64,000 nucleotides of DNA from Takakia lepidozioides (lineage: Eukaryota > Plantae > Bryophyta): NCBI GenBank assembly GCA_030704615.1, contig CM060732.1, positions 48,732,001 to 48,796,000 of the forward strand, given 5' to 3'. Below are positions 50,701 through 62,801 of the stretch, in pieces. Positions within the stretch are counted from its first letter, which is position 1. Each line of letters opens with the position of its first letter. The notes under the pieces were generated by a model that did not search any database, was not told the origin of the DNA, and worked only from the letters and a program-made list of their open reading frames with translations. Both the position numbers and the translations under genes were made by a program.

Positions 50701-52618
50701 GAGATCTAAACTGTGTGAGCTTCTGATGCGCAGGGTAATGACAAGGGGTATTTCAGATTTCAACTGGGAACTGCACAAGTATGCATTGAACCACTGAACT
50801 TCCTTTCTGCATTTTTCAAGTAATTGCTTGATCACTTAGAGGGGTGGAGGTGAGTAGCGAGGCTAGTGGAAAAGCGAAAAAGGTAGACAGTCAGAGTTGT
50901 TGTCCTGTTCCAGTTGGCAAGACTGCTAAAATGGGGAAAGTTATGGTGAGTACCTCCTCTTGAAGTTTGCCAAGTCCTGATTATTAATCGTTCAGCTTGC
51001 ACTGGAGCAGGTAGCCCAGTGGTTGGGTGTTTGTGCCTTGTCTGTGCATAACCTAGGCAATGTAGGGCTCAACGTGTCCACCTTCCAACGGAAGGCAGTC
51101 GTCCTTCGGGATGAAAAGACACTACAATTTATGCTTCCTTCTGGAGGAGTCCTCTTATCTTTCTTTCCTGTTCTGCTCTTGAGTTCATATAGAGACGAAC
51201 TACTTCTTTTGGTTTTGTTTTGTACAAATTTTGATCCAGTTCAGTTATGTAGGTGATTCCTGCCTTTGAGGAGGCGGTGGCAACGATGCACGTGGGGGGT
51301 GTTCGCAGGTAAGCATATGACACTTGCTATTGTCAGGTTGTCAGATGTTGCTTCCCTCCTTCCTGGTCACTATACCTCTCTGGGTGTACATCTCTGGATG
51401 TCATTGCCTTCGCTCGGTGGTGCTGGAGAAGGCAGATTTGTGAAGTCTTATTCCTTAGCACAAGATGAAGGTCACACTTGGAAGCTCTCTAATTGTTAGA
51501 TTTGCATTACTGCATTTCGGTCACTGACATGGCCGTGGTGGCACAAAATTTACCGTATTCCACTCACATCACTGAGGTAGCCAGGTTTATTCTTATTCTG
51601 GTTTGGGTTTTCGTTTTCTCCTGATGAGTGGTGTGTGTGGTGTCACATTTAAGAGATGACACTGCCGTAGTGACTACTTGTCAGTAGTGCGACTTTGCTG
51701 GCTGTCAGATGTTATCACCCTGACTACTGGTCAGGAGTGCTACTTAGCTGCTGCGGAGTGCATGGGTGCACTGTGTGCTGTGTCTTCTCGTACAAATGGA
51801 ACAAGACTCCAAAATTGGAAAAACTGTTCCAGCCAATTGGCATGGCCGTGTGCATGCCTCCATGTGAACAGACCAGAAGCTTTGGTTTCACAATGCCTAA
51901 ATAGACAAGGGAGCTTTGATTTGGAGGCTTATGGAGGTACATAGGAAGCAGCCATTTCTGACCACATCTTCTCTCCTAAATGAATTGTCTTATACATGCT
52001 AAATGGAGCTCCCTTAGTGTACTGTATAAGGGTGCACCTTGGTTTCTCAACAGGTATGTCTATATCTGTGGGATTTTATTAGAGTTCATGAGTTTGCTTG
52101 GGTTACTTTCTATGCAGGATAATTGTGCCCCCTGAACTAGGTTACCCTGACAATGACTTTAATCGAATGGGTCCAAAGCCAACCACTTTCTCTGTAAGTT
52201 TTCATGAACACATCAATTCTCCATCCATGACTGGCATCAAGACTAAAACACAGGTCAAATTGTTGGATTAATGGAAGGCAATAGCCCTTCGGGGTGAAGT
52301 GACACTGCCTGCTTCGGCAGGGTCTTCCTCCTCTCTGTTGGTTCAGTCATAATTAGGTGCTGCTTATATGTTTGCATGAAACGTATAGCCTTAGTCTCTT
52401 CCTCATCGCTGACCAACTTTCTTTATGAAGGAGAAGGGCAGTTGCAGTCAAGGTGCAATATCACCTACTCATCACTATGTAGATGGTGGCGACTAACATT
52501 GAGACATGAGGGGTTGGTACAGGGGCAACGAGCTCTCGATTTTGTTTTGCGCAATCAAGGCTTGATTGATAAAACCTTATTGTTTGACATTGAGCTTTTG
52601 AAAGTAGCTGATAAATAG
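47764..52618 (+). CDS. FKBP19: Chloroplast thylakoid-lumen FKBP-type PPIase; exons ~47764-47868, 48310-48412, 48593-48730, 49448-49533, 50282-50332, 50515-50595, 50734-50778, 51253-51308, 52118-52193, 52523-52618
   Basis: Tat signal SRREVL...VTAA|EFADMPALRGKDYGKSKMRYPDY, VDWDGYTIGYYGRIFEARNK, VIPAFEEAV, IIVPPELGYP, GQRALDFVLRNQGLIDKTLLFDIELLK. The first two (transit peptide) exons are less certain. Confidence 0.92.
48830..48995 (-). mobile_element. Short fragment of the same non-LTR family in an FKBP19 intron
   Basis: Encodes (M)NSIFKGKPHYQSRPL, homologous to INSIYDGKSHYQRQPL at ~7320-7270. Confidence 0.5.
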
Positions 52619-52930
52619 CTTGCTCTGTGCTCCCTTTCCCCTTCGCCTTGACCTCTTGTTGAATCAATACTATGATGGAGGGTGAGAGTTTGAGAGAGTG
52701 CTTGCAACTTTCGCCTTACATGCAGTAGCCAACTGTATGGATGAAAGGAGATAGAGGCACTATAGAGGCACTATAGCAGCTAGACCAGGTAGAAGAAATA
52801 CATATGGATATTGAGAGGTTCTCCATCTGTTAGGGGAAGGGGACTATTCGTATCTCAGGTGATGACTATCATAATGTATTTATTGGTTTGACTGAAGCAT
52901 CTCATTCAAAATCTTCAACACCTCTCCATG

Positions 52931-53892
52931 TCAGGAATCAAATAACATTTTTTTTTGTCCTTTCGGCTCAGTCTCATCCTTCCGGTAAGCCTTCCTGATA
53001 TTCCTTTGGAACGCCATCTCACCCTTGTACACCAACAGAAGTTGTTGCTTTCTACTTAAAGCTTCGGCCACCACATTGTCTGGTCCCGGTTTGTACTGGA
53101 TATCCACGTCGAAGACCGCCAAAGTATCTTGCCACCTAAGTTGTTTTGGGAACAACGTAGGCTGCGTGGCAAAATACTTTACCGTGACATTCCCGTGAAC
53201 ACCTTCATCAGGTTGGAACCAACATAGTGGCGCCAAAGCTAAAGGCAAAGCTCACCGCCTTCATTTCTTTTTCATGCGTAGGCCACCGTCGTTCTACTTC
53301 ATTCAGTTTCTTACTTTCGTAAGCCATTGGACGTCCAACCTGCATGAGTACACCCCCTATAACGAAGTCCGACGCATATGTATGAATCTCAAATGGACGG
53401 TCGAACTCCGGGATTTTGAGGACTGGAGCTTCCACCATCCGTTGCTTCAACTCGGCAAAAGCTTGACCACAAAAGATGTTCCATACCCAGACTTTGGATT
53501 TACACAAAAGGTCTGACAGCGGCCCCGCGATCTTGGCGAAATTTCTCCAAAATCCCTTTGATCCAATCTGGGCTCGGCTCCCCATCGCCTTCTCCTTTCA
53601 TTTGTCTTACGTAAAGCAAAAATTAGGGCTCGTGTGACTCCTCCACGGCCCACTCCCTTGCTGACAGAAGGTTTATTCGCCCTCCCATGGGGTTGGGTGT
53701 TTCTGACACTCGTAAAACTTCGCCACCATTCCCACACGGTAACGTGACTACTCTCTTGCGGCCATCTATGACTGCTCCTGATCTGCTAAAAAAGGTCATC
53801 CCCAAAATGAGATCCACTCCCTCGATCTCGCAAATGGTGAAGTTCTCACGTCCCTCCCAACTCCCGAGCTGAAGATGAACATCGAACGCCAA
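52931..53892 (-). mobile_element. Ty3/gypsy pol remnant (protease end, RT connection/RNase H), deleted and frameshifted
   Basis: GVDLILGMTFF (protease end), NFAKIAGPLSDLL, APVLKIPEFDRPFEIHTYASDFVIGGVLMQ, AYESKKLNEVERRWPTHEKEM, YKPGPDNVVAEALSR. Confidence 0.88.
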
Positions 53893-54179
53893 CCTCGTGG
53901 ATCAAGTATCAAACTCCAGCAAGTGTCCTTGAAGAAGAATCAATGACAATGTGCTAAGACCATGGAAACTGAGATTTGTGAACTCAAGGGTTATAATCAT
54001 CTGTGGCAACTGAAGATGGTAAGAGGGGCCTAAGGAACTTGGTAATGGCAGTGCAAGGAAGTTAAGTTTCCTCCTTCAACCCAAGAGAACTGGTCTTTCA
54101 AAGAAAAACTTCAAGCAGGAGTCATTGTTCATATACATGACCAGACAATCAAAATCACACAGATATGTATGGGTCTTAA

Positions 54180-54520
54180 TCATCACACCCCCAGCCCAGC
54201 CCAGCCCACCGTTCCAACCCCGTCTATCTTTTCTTCCAGAATTAGGGGAAGAATTGAGGGAAAGAGTCGTGCATATCCTCTTGAACTACTCGCCCCAATA
54301 CACACACAAGGGCCTCTCACCAAACGAGGGTATTTCTTGGAAGATATGACCCGACCTTGATGATATGGATCTGCTGCTTCAGCCACCTAAATCCCCATAA
54401 TCCAAGGGCTTCCCAAGTCAACCTCCTTTTCTCTTTCTCTCTCTTCCATTCTGTCCCATAAGCTCCATCAGCTTTCCGCGGACGTTATAAAGCACCATTT
54501 CATTTCATTTTATTCTCTCT
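54180..54520. mobile_element. Non-LTR family fragment ending in a (CATTT)n tail
   Basis: TGTCCCATAAGCTC...AGCTTTCC...AAAGCACCATTTCATTTCATTT (54452-54510) matches 8125-8187. Confidence 0.55.
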
Positions 54521-55891
54521 AATAGAGCACATATCTTTCTCTATCTATCACCTTAAAAGCGAAATAAGTTGATGTACAGTCTAATTTCGATTATCATTTC
54601 TCATGCCTAAGTGTATTTAGGGATTTGTGTCTTCCACTATCTGCTATTACATACATGGTCTGTGAAGAACTAGGATATACAGCCACCGGTTTCTAAACAG
54701 TCTTGGTTTACCCTAAATGTTCAATGCTGGAAAGTGAGCTGCTGCCTTTGCACTAGGTGAACAAGGGGGAAATAGCAGAACAATGGCTACTGTCACATCT
54801 TCTCGCAAGAAGAGACTTGTAGGTGTCTTCTAGGTGCTACCTTCCTGAGGTACCAGTGATGTTGGCTTCACCCAAGTTGAAAATTTCAAAGCCCTTCCTA
54901 CATAGACACTTCAGGTGGATTTTTGGGCTAAGTCATCTACTCCTTCCGAGTCCCTTGCATGTTTGTACGTTTGTACCCAAGTGGGGTTTGCACTCTACTT
55001 TCGGACATCTACTTATTGGTACATTTTGGAAAGCTACAGCATGCAAGAGGGCCTGCCATTCACTTTCAATACACCACATATGCTTGTGTTGTGTGTTTTG
55101 GCACTGGTGCAGGTGCGGGCGGGCCACTCTTCTATGAAATTTGGAGTTCTTGCGTGACATCACAGAGCTGGATATGGAGTTATTTTGCAGATATGAGAAA
55201 GCTGCTTACTTGCAGTGAGCAACCAGTGATATAGTACCACTGCCTATGAGAGGACAGCGGATTGCCCTAACCCATACTTTCAGGTTTTTCCAATTTGCTA
55301 TGTTAGTGATATAGTGTTTAGTCCAACACTAAACATAGCAAGAGTCCATCACTATGAAGTACATTATCTTATCATGAGCTCATCTCCAGAACCTAAGCTG
55401 TCCAAGCTCTGAGCTCTGCACTCTATGCTCAAGTTTCCTGCAAACCATATGTGTTAAGTTTGCAGCAATTTGATAGAGGTGTTGTTTTAAAACATTTTAC
55501 AATAGAATGCTGGTTGACAAAGCAGCAACCTGCATTACACAGATCTATCATGGTGCAGTGAAGCAATTCATGAAAACTATGAGCATTCTGCCTACCTTTG
55601 TCGCAAATCTATGATGGGAGGGAAACCTGTATGTGATGATATACAGGTACACCACCACCCAACCCAATCGAGCCTCTATGGATATGGAGTCAATGCTGAG
55701 TCTGGATCAAGAGGAAATGTAGTGGTGCCTTCCTTGAAGGCTGATAAATTTTTGATCTAGTCTGCAATAGACAGATCCTTTCTTGTCAAGACAAGACAAG
55801 ACGAGCCCCCTCTGTCTCTCTCCCTATCTCTCTCTCTCATTCATAGAAACATGAGAAACTTTTCAAACCATTTCAGAAGTGAGTATTGACT

Positions 55892-57355
55892 TCAATTTTC
55901 TGGGCAGACGAGCCTTGCCTCTGCCTCTGAGGCTTCGTGAGTAGACTCGCTAGGAGGCTCATCCGCGGGCAAGGTACTTGGGTCGGCAAATTCCACCCAT
56001 CTTTTTGCTCTCGCAAACTGTAGTGCTGGATATAACAGAGATCCTACACAGGAGATTATGGCACTGAACACTACAGTTTTTGCAGATGCAATACACATCA
56101 CTACAAAGAGCAGTGCCGTTGCTGGCAGCAACATGAGTATGCTGCCCACAGTATTTAACGGAATTCGGAAAGGCCGCACTGCCTGGGGATGTTTCGAGCG
56201 TAGCCATATGAAAGCAGCAAACTCAAGGATCATGCCAAGACAATAGAGGAAGTTGAGGAACTCCACGATCTCTTGGAAGCTCATCCAGGAAAGTACAACA
56301 ACGCCTGTTGCTGAGCATAAAGTGCCCAATACAGGTGTCCCGTACCTGGAACGGTAGGCAAAGACCTTAGGAAGCATTCCATTCTCTCCCATTCCCAGCA
56401 GCTGAAAGGAGTCACTACTCATCTCAGCCTCAAACAGTCCCATATTGGACAGTGCAGCAGCTGCTTCGATCCACAACTTGAGGCCTACGCCCCCGATGGC
56501 CATTCCAATATCAGCGAAGTACCCATCTTCCCACTTCTCCAAATTCAGCTCTACAGCCCCCGTGCCAGCTAGCAATGGCACAATATACGCCACCATCACC
56601 AACAAAACAGCCCAGAGCAGGGCCTTGGGGAAGGTCTTGCTTGGCTTGTCGACTTCACCTGCCAGAGTACTCACCGAGTCCCAGTAATTGAGGTTCCAAA
56701 ACAGTGTGTTCAGGTAAACCCGCCAATTGGTCCTGCTCAAATCCATCACCAGCCATCTGCGCGCCTGTATCTGGGGAATTGCCAAAAGGGCCATGACAAA
56801 AAATGGAAGGAGTGAGAAGGCTGTAAGTAGCACCGCTGTAAAGCCAACAATCGTAAGCCCCCTGTAGTTGAGATAAGTGAGCGCGCATGTGATGATCAAG
56901 AGGGAAGCAAACCGTATTGGCCCATCTGAAAACACAGGGGAGGCGCGCTTGAGATAATCAAGAAACAACACTGGATAGAGCGCATTGTCTGTCACACCGC
57001 TTAACCACTTCCACCATCCCTCCTGGAAACCCCAGAACGGCCCAAATGCCGCTGATATCCATAGCACGTACCCTCCATTCTCAGGAAACATGGTTGCCAA
57101 CTCTGCCGTCACCAGCGCCTCGGGAACGCTCCATATGAAAGGGAAGATCAGAAACCCCAGCAGCGCAAGCAGCGGCCCCCCGGCCTTCACTGAATCTTCA
57201 GTGCCAAAAGGACCTCCCGAGACCCCGTAGAATATGAGTGCAACCAGTGGCAGTACTCCCAGCTTGGATCTATGTCTACTGCCTCCCTGCTCCTTCGAGA
57301 GCTTGGGTGATTCATCAGAATCGGCCGCACTAGTGCCAATCCCTGAATCCCCCAT
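55892..57355 (-). CDS. PUT: APC-superfamily polyamine uptake transporter (PUT/LAT/RMV1 family), intronless, 487 aa
   Basis: [97 protein letters not shown], with many hydrophobic segments. First ATG at 57355. Confidence 0.95.
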   Translation of the reverse strand: MGDSGIGTSAADSDESPKLSKEQGGSRHRSKLGVLPLVALIFYGVSGGPFGTEDSVKAGGPLLALLGFLIFPFIWSVPEALVTAELATMFPENGGYVLWISAAFGPFWGFQEGWWKWLSGVTDNALYPVLFLDYLKRASPVFSDGPIRFASLLIITCALTYLNYRGLTIVGFTAVLLTAFSLLPFFVMALLAIPQIQARRWLVMDLSRTNWRVYLNTLFWNLNYWDSVSTLAGEVDKPSKTFPKALLWAVLLVMVAYIVPLLAGTGAVELNLEKWEDGYFADIGMAIGGVGLKLWIEAAAALSNMGLFEAEMSSDSFQLLGMGENGMLPKVFAYRSRYGTPVLGTLCSATGVVVLSWMSFQEIVEFLNFLYCLGMILEFAAFIWLRSKHPQAVRPFRIPLNTVGSILMLLPATALLFVVMCIASAKTVVFSAIISCVGSLLYPALQFARAKRWVEFADPSTLPADEPPSESTHEASEAEARLVCPEN

Positions 57356-57360
57356 CAAAT

Positions 57361-57442
57361 TTAATTGCTACCTCTGCCGCATGGCATGCCTGGAGCTTGC
57401 CTCTCTCGGAGTCTGGATCGGAAGCTCATGGCTGGAGTGCAT
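57361..57442 (-). promoter_or_regulatory. Overlapping uORFs immediately upstream of PUT; one is in frame and ends in TAG-CAA-TTA
   Basis: uORF 57442-57368 MHSSHELPIQTPREASSRHAMRQR* is in frame with the main ATG. uORF 57429-57361 [22 protein letters not shown] is out of frame. Inclusion in the mRNA is assumed. Confidence 0.55.
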
Positions 57443-57799
57443 GACAATAGATGACGACGTCAAGGCTACAGTCAGTCTCCGTGTCTTGCTCCTCTGTACT
57501 CTTCTCCAAGCTCCACACAATCTCAAACACGCATCCATTGATGCTGCGGAGGGTGTATGACCATGGCAGTACCCTATAAACTATAAACCCCCAATTACCT
57601 ATTCTTAGAAACTTGCCCCTATGCCCTATGATAACCAAGCTCTTTGCCCCTCTCACTTGTTTCTCTTTCTACCAAACTACGCTTGATGTTTGCGAGAAAC
57701 AAGAAAGAACGAGCGCAGACCCAAACCAAGAAAAGTGAGGCCCAAGCCCCCCAACCACGAAACCCTGTATTAAGCTTCAGAAAAGACTAGCCACCAACA

Positions 57800-57850
57800 A
57801 AGAGAGAGAGAGAGAGAGGGAGAGAGAGAGAGAGAGAGCGAGCGAGCGAG
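57800..57850. repeat. (GA)n/(GAGC)n microsatellite upstream of PUT
   Basis: Directly visible. It reads as a CT-rich tract on the PUT sense strand, typical of plant 5' leaders. Confidence 0.9.
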
Positions 57851-57916
57851 CATGGTGTGCCCAAAGCTTTCAGTTTCTTCGCTATGCATTTTGTCACATA
57901 CATTCGTGCAGGAGAG

Positions 57917-58125
57917 CCTTGTAGTCATCCGTTCACGACCGGGATTCATTCATCCGGAAACAGCAAAAAGAAGCGGGAAGCTCGCAGCAGTTGAACATTT
58001 TTTTCTTCGCTATTTCTGACACTGCGAAGAAAAGCGCAGATCGGCTGCCATCCCTCGCGCGCTGGACGTTGCGGCAGGCCATGGCGCCGCGAAGGTGAGG
58101 CCAATGAGAGATGCGTGAATCTATC
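57917..58125 (+). repeat. ~205-bp segment duplicated in direct orientation at 63793-64000
   Basis: GTCATCCGTTCACGA...GGAAGCTCGCAGCAGTTGAACA...GGCCATGGCGCCGCGA is present in both places with scattered differences. Confidence 0.9.
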
Positions 58126-61100
58126 GGTCCGGTTCTTTCTACTGCTACATGCTATGCTAATTAAGCGCTGTAATGCAGCAGATCTTCCCAGCAAGGATGA
58201 GTGGACTGATGACGGGGGCTAGAATTTGGTAGGAGCTCCAAAGTGCAAATGGCATACGAACGACACAAAATTCGGCCAATAAACTGCCCCTCTGAACAGT
58301 GATGTGCTGCTTGAAAGTTGCTGCTTGTTGTCATGTGTCGACCACCTGTGTGTCTTCTAGACATCGTCAGGTATCGGCCTATCACTTCAGAATGGTTAAT
58401 ATGGTGTTTTAAAGTGCCTTGTGGTATGGAAGGCGGTGACAATACTGAGGTGCGGTGCTCATTCGTTATAGCCGCGTCTGGTAGAGAGAGAGAAAGAGAG
58501 AGAGATAGAGAGAGATATAAAGACAAGACAGAGAAAAGGAAAGAAGAGGTCATCTTGCAGCTTGCCATAGACGTATTTATTTGGAGTGTCGAGGAAGCAT
58601 AGTACTTCATATTTACTACTGTATTCGTAAAGTGTTGCATCCTAAGCGAGTATGCATTGGACTGGCCTTGCGTTCTGAACAATATATATATGACATACAT
58701 TATGGATACTAATGAGGAGGAGTGTGCTAAGATAAGGTTCTTTTTGTTGAAGTCTCCACGTATGTGTCCATTCACCTCCAGATCTCGAAGTTGTTGTGCA
58801 CCTAAGGTAGATGTGAAAATAGCTCATGGATGTACATAGGTGTAATGTTAGATTTCCAAAGACTTGTTATCACCTAGTGAGGATTCGGATCTGCATAGAT
58901 CACAATGCATTAGGTCTGCAGACGAGTTGACTTCCAATTGCTATGGCCCCGGACGGGTCCCCATAAAGCTATACTCATGTTGTCTACAGGTTTGAATGAT
59001 GAGCTGAATGTGGTCTGAGACCTGTGAATGTTAATTATGCTCCTTCTTATCTAGAGGTCCTTCTTCCGTATGTTTTGTGCTCATGCAGGGCCACAAAAAC
59101 GACATCTCTAGTATGGTCGGTAGTGCATCTCAATCTGATATTGGAGTTTGGAGGACGGACCAAGGATAGAAAATCGAAACAACAAGCAGAAATAGAAAAT
59201 CAAGTGTAGTAAGGCTCGTAGTAAGGTCTAGGTACCTAGGTGAAATTATCCCTGGAGAATTTCTGGGTTCGAAAATCCTACAAAGAACTAGTTAGCAAAA
59301 GCGCCGTGATGAAACTACTATGGTCTACAGATCCTCGATTCTGGTGCTGCAATCCTGGGGTCAACCATAATGAAAAATTTGCCAAAGGCTCTTTAAAGGT
59401 TATATGAAAACGTTCATCATGTTAAAATGTGCTCATGAGCGTATCGACTAAAGTTTGTGAAGCACCTCATTTCCACGCACCTCATGTGTGTAACATGCCC
59501 ACTTGAGATTCGGCAGACAGATCTTTCACCGGTAGCAATTAGGTGCTCAGAAAAAAGCGGTTCCTACCTTGGTTACCAAGCAAGAAGGTGCACGGCCAGT
59601 GTGTGCCAAGGCTGCTTTGATCTCTTGTCCATAGTTGAGTAGAAAGTAGACAGTGGCTGATGTTCTATTATATTACAAAAGCAACAAGCACAGTTCTAGA
59701 CTTATTTCTGAAAACATATCATTCATAATGACAGTTTGGGATGACCAGTGTCTTTTAATTTGTGTGCTTCATGGCTTATAGGGAAAGGTGTTAATTTCCC
59801 CGCCTTGCTAGATGTAAAGGGCCTGAATACAAGAGCACTAGTATGTGACAGTGCTTTGATCTCTTGTATATAGTTTAGTCACAAGTTCTAGGTCCAGTGG
59901 CTGATGGATTCTACAAAAAGGACCTCTAGAGATTTATTTAGACTGAACACATCGATCATGATGTGTGTTTTAGTGTATGCAATATGGAAAAGGGTCATCA
60001 TGTGTTTCAAGATTCAAGCGAGCTTTTCTCTCTCACAAACACAAGTAAAATGCAGAGAGAAAACAAAGTTCAGTTGGGGTCTAGCTAAAGTGGTAGCCGA
60101 GGTGACGAACTTAGAGATAAATTAGTTCATAAATTAGAACATAACTTCAAGTTCCTTTGGGATATAAAGTTAATGACTCATGTGGAGATATCAATTTGTG
60201 GGCCAATCATGAAATTGAGTGCAACATGTGATCAGATGTTGTCAGGATTTCACATATGCAAGTTTTCTCACAAACAATATTAGTGTTCAACGTCACCGTC
60301 GACACGCTCGCACTCGTCGATCCATTCGCTGTATAGGTCGATGGGCTGTGTCGAGTTATCCACCTTGGTAGCGTATGTCGCAAAGCAGATGCTACAATCA
60401 ACCTGCCCAAATTTATCCTTCTTAAATATTGTACGAGCCTACAGCCCTGGCCCTGTTGGGGTCTGTTAATGCAGATGGCTGGGCAGTTCCCACACAGCAG
60501 AGTGATGCTTGTGAGAAAGGCTTTCTACCGTGCGGCTTTATACTAGGTGCGTCCCGAGGCCATGTTTAAAATAACCCAAGTCTATTTTCTTTTTCTTTTA
60601 CTTTTACTTTTACTTTTTCCCGAGTCTCGTTTCTTTTTCTTATTCTTATTCTTTTTAAAGAGAGGCGAGTTGAAGTAGAATGATATAATTTGGTCAAGAT
60701 TGGATGTTCTAAGCGTTGAGGAATGAAAGGTTTTCTCGACTGCGCAATTGATGCACCTCTAAACGTTTGGGGAGGTCTCATTCCAGTAGAGCTGGCATTG
60801 CTTGAGCGTCCACATCATCCCTATTATACATCACTCCCTCGGAACGAAGGCACCTGGCATTGCTGGTCACAACGTCTCAATCCAAGAGTGGCCCCCGAGT
60901 TTAGTCAGGCACGTCGCTAAATTAAGAAATCGTTCAAATTTAGATCGATCGATCACCTTTTTGATCCCAACCAACTTTTGTCTACAAATGCACAACCCCA
61001 AATACCAAAATAGCATCGATCGATGGCTTTGCTTCTGATTATCGCCCTCGAGCCTACGCAGTTTGTACAAGCAGGGAAAACCGCAGGGCAAGAATTTTAC

Positions 61101-61270
61101 GCAGCAAGGCGAACAGGCACAGTCGAACTCAAACTCAAAGAGAAAAACGATCTGGACAAGCTGGCCAGCAGCTGCAAATCCAACGCCTGAGCACTGGATT
61201 CCGAGAGAGACAAAGAGCTGCAACTCAGATTAATGCCACTTTGAGCCAGATTAATGCCAGCCTGTTATAA

Positions 61271-62301
61271 ATGGATCTCTTTGCACATGTCCATGGTGGG
61301 CCCGGGGCCATTTCCTAACATTTTTATCTTCTTCATACGGATCGAAGCCATGTAATACTTGTCGTAAACGAAGAATATGCAGAAACTACTTCTGTGTTGA
61401 TTGTCATGAAGGACATCTTTGTGATATGGAGTTTACAGTTCCTAGCAACGCCCACTTTAGTCATCGTCGCCTGCAAATACGAAAAGCCTCAAACAGAAAC
61501 GCAGTTCGTAGCGTCGACATCTGCGAACTTGTTGAGGTGGCAGGAATTCAGTAGTACAGTATCAATGACCATACAATTTTCTTTCTTTCCGCTTCACCAG
61601 GGAAGAAAGAACGAGTTGTGGCCCAGTCCAAGAAGTCTGGAGCGATGGAACCCAGGGCACTTTGCAGCACTTGTAAATGGAAATTGATCAAGGCACGCTC
61701 ACCGCACGAGGACAGAAACATTCTGCTGTCCCTTCCATCTGGTGAGCCCACGCAGCTCCTGCCAACGAACTTGAGCAAGCAGCAAGGCGGTTTACTGTTT
61801 TGCTCCTTAGAGTGCAAGCTGCTGGGTCTGGACACAACTAGCGATCTAATCAGAACTTCTAGCCAGATTCAAGGAGGACAAGAGGACGACGAGAGAATCC
61901 ATGTCCATATTGTAGGGGTACAAGCGTGCTTAGGAGCGTTTCCCCCAGGTGCATCTTTTGACAGTGCCATCAACGCAACACTTACCCCGGCGGCGTTGTT
62001 ACCTGAGGAATGTGTGCCACCGAAGAAGCGCCGGTTTTATGTACGCCCTGCTATCATGGAAGCAGAGGAGGAGGACGAGAGAATCCATGCATCGTTCAAT
62101 AGTGTCGGGGCACAATTAGCGTGCTCAGGAGCGCTTCCTGGAAAAGCAGAGTCAAGCAAGGCTTGCAGGAGACTAAACGATGAATTAGTCGCACCCTCTA
62201 CTCTTTGTGGATTCAAAATCTACATAAGGAGCCCAGCTATCGTACCTGCACCTTCTGACGATGCCAGCATGTCAACACTTACAACCTCGGTCAGACAATG
62301 A
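61271..62301 (+). pseudogene. PLATZ: Intronless PLATZ zinc-binding transcription factor pseudogene
   Basis: Frame 1 reads PWW...CNTC...RNYFCVDC...LC...HFSHRRLQIRKAS...AVRSVDI..LVEVAGIQ*YSIN...FL...CSTC...FCSLECKL. TAG at 61552 and a probable 1-nt deletion after ATG 61271. Confidence 0.8.
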
Positions 62302-62801
62302 CCAAAAAGTTCTTTGTCATGTTAGCGCTACTGATTCCTGGTAAGGAGTCTGTTACCTTGGACAACGTAGATGTTTACCTGATGCCCCTAGTGGAAGAGC
62401 TATTGGAACTATGGAGAGGGATTGCAGCTCATGATGTTTCCCGTCCTCGTGGTCAACGCGAATTCACACTGAGGGCAGTGTTGATGTGGTCAATCCATGA
62501 CTACCCTGCATATGGCTTGCTCTCAGGTCAAGTGACGAAAGCTTATGCTGGTTGTCCAGCTTGTGGACCCGGGGTGACTTCACAGCAGTTACACACATGT
62601 GGAAAAATTGTTTTCCTAGGCCACCGAAGATTTTTGGCCCGCAATCATCCATATAGAAGGTCAAGAATGTTCAATGGCGCTACTGAGCATGGTTTGCCTC
62701 CAAAGAAGCGTCCATATTCTCAGTTACTCGCTGCCATGACAGAAGCAGATCAGACGCAAGCACAAGAGCAATCCGTGGCTATGAAGAGACTCAAGTGCTG
62801 A
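62270..62801 (+). mobile_element. CACTA/EnSpm Tnp2 (Transposase_21) fragment
   Basis: YNL...KKFFVMLALLIPG...NVDVYLMPLVEELLELW...FTLRAVLMWSIHDYPAYGLLSG...CPAC...FLGHRRFL...HPYRR...FNG. Confidence 0.88.

Noticed and set aside
55959-57230. Short alternative-frame and antisense ORFs within PUT (likewise within TBL and ABCG exons)
   Set aside because: Shadows of real coding sequence with no independent evidence.
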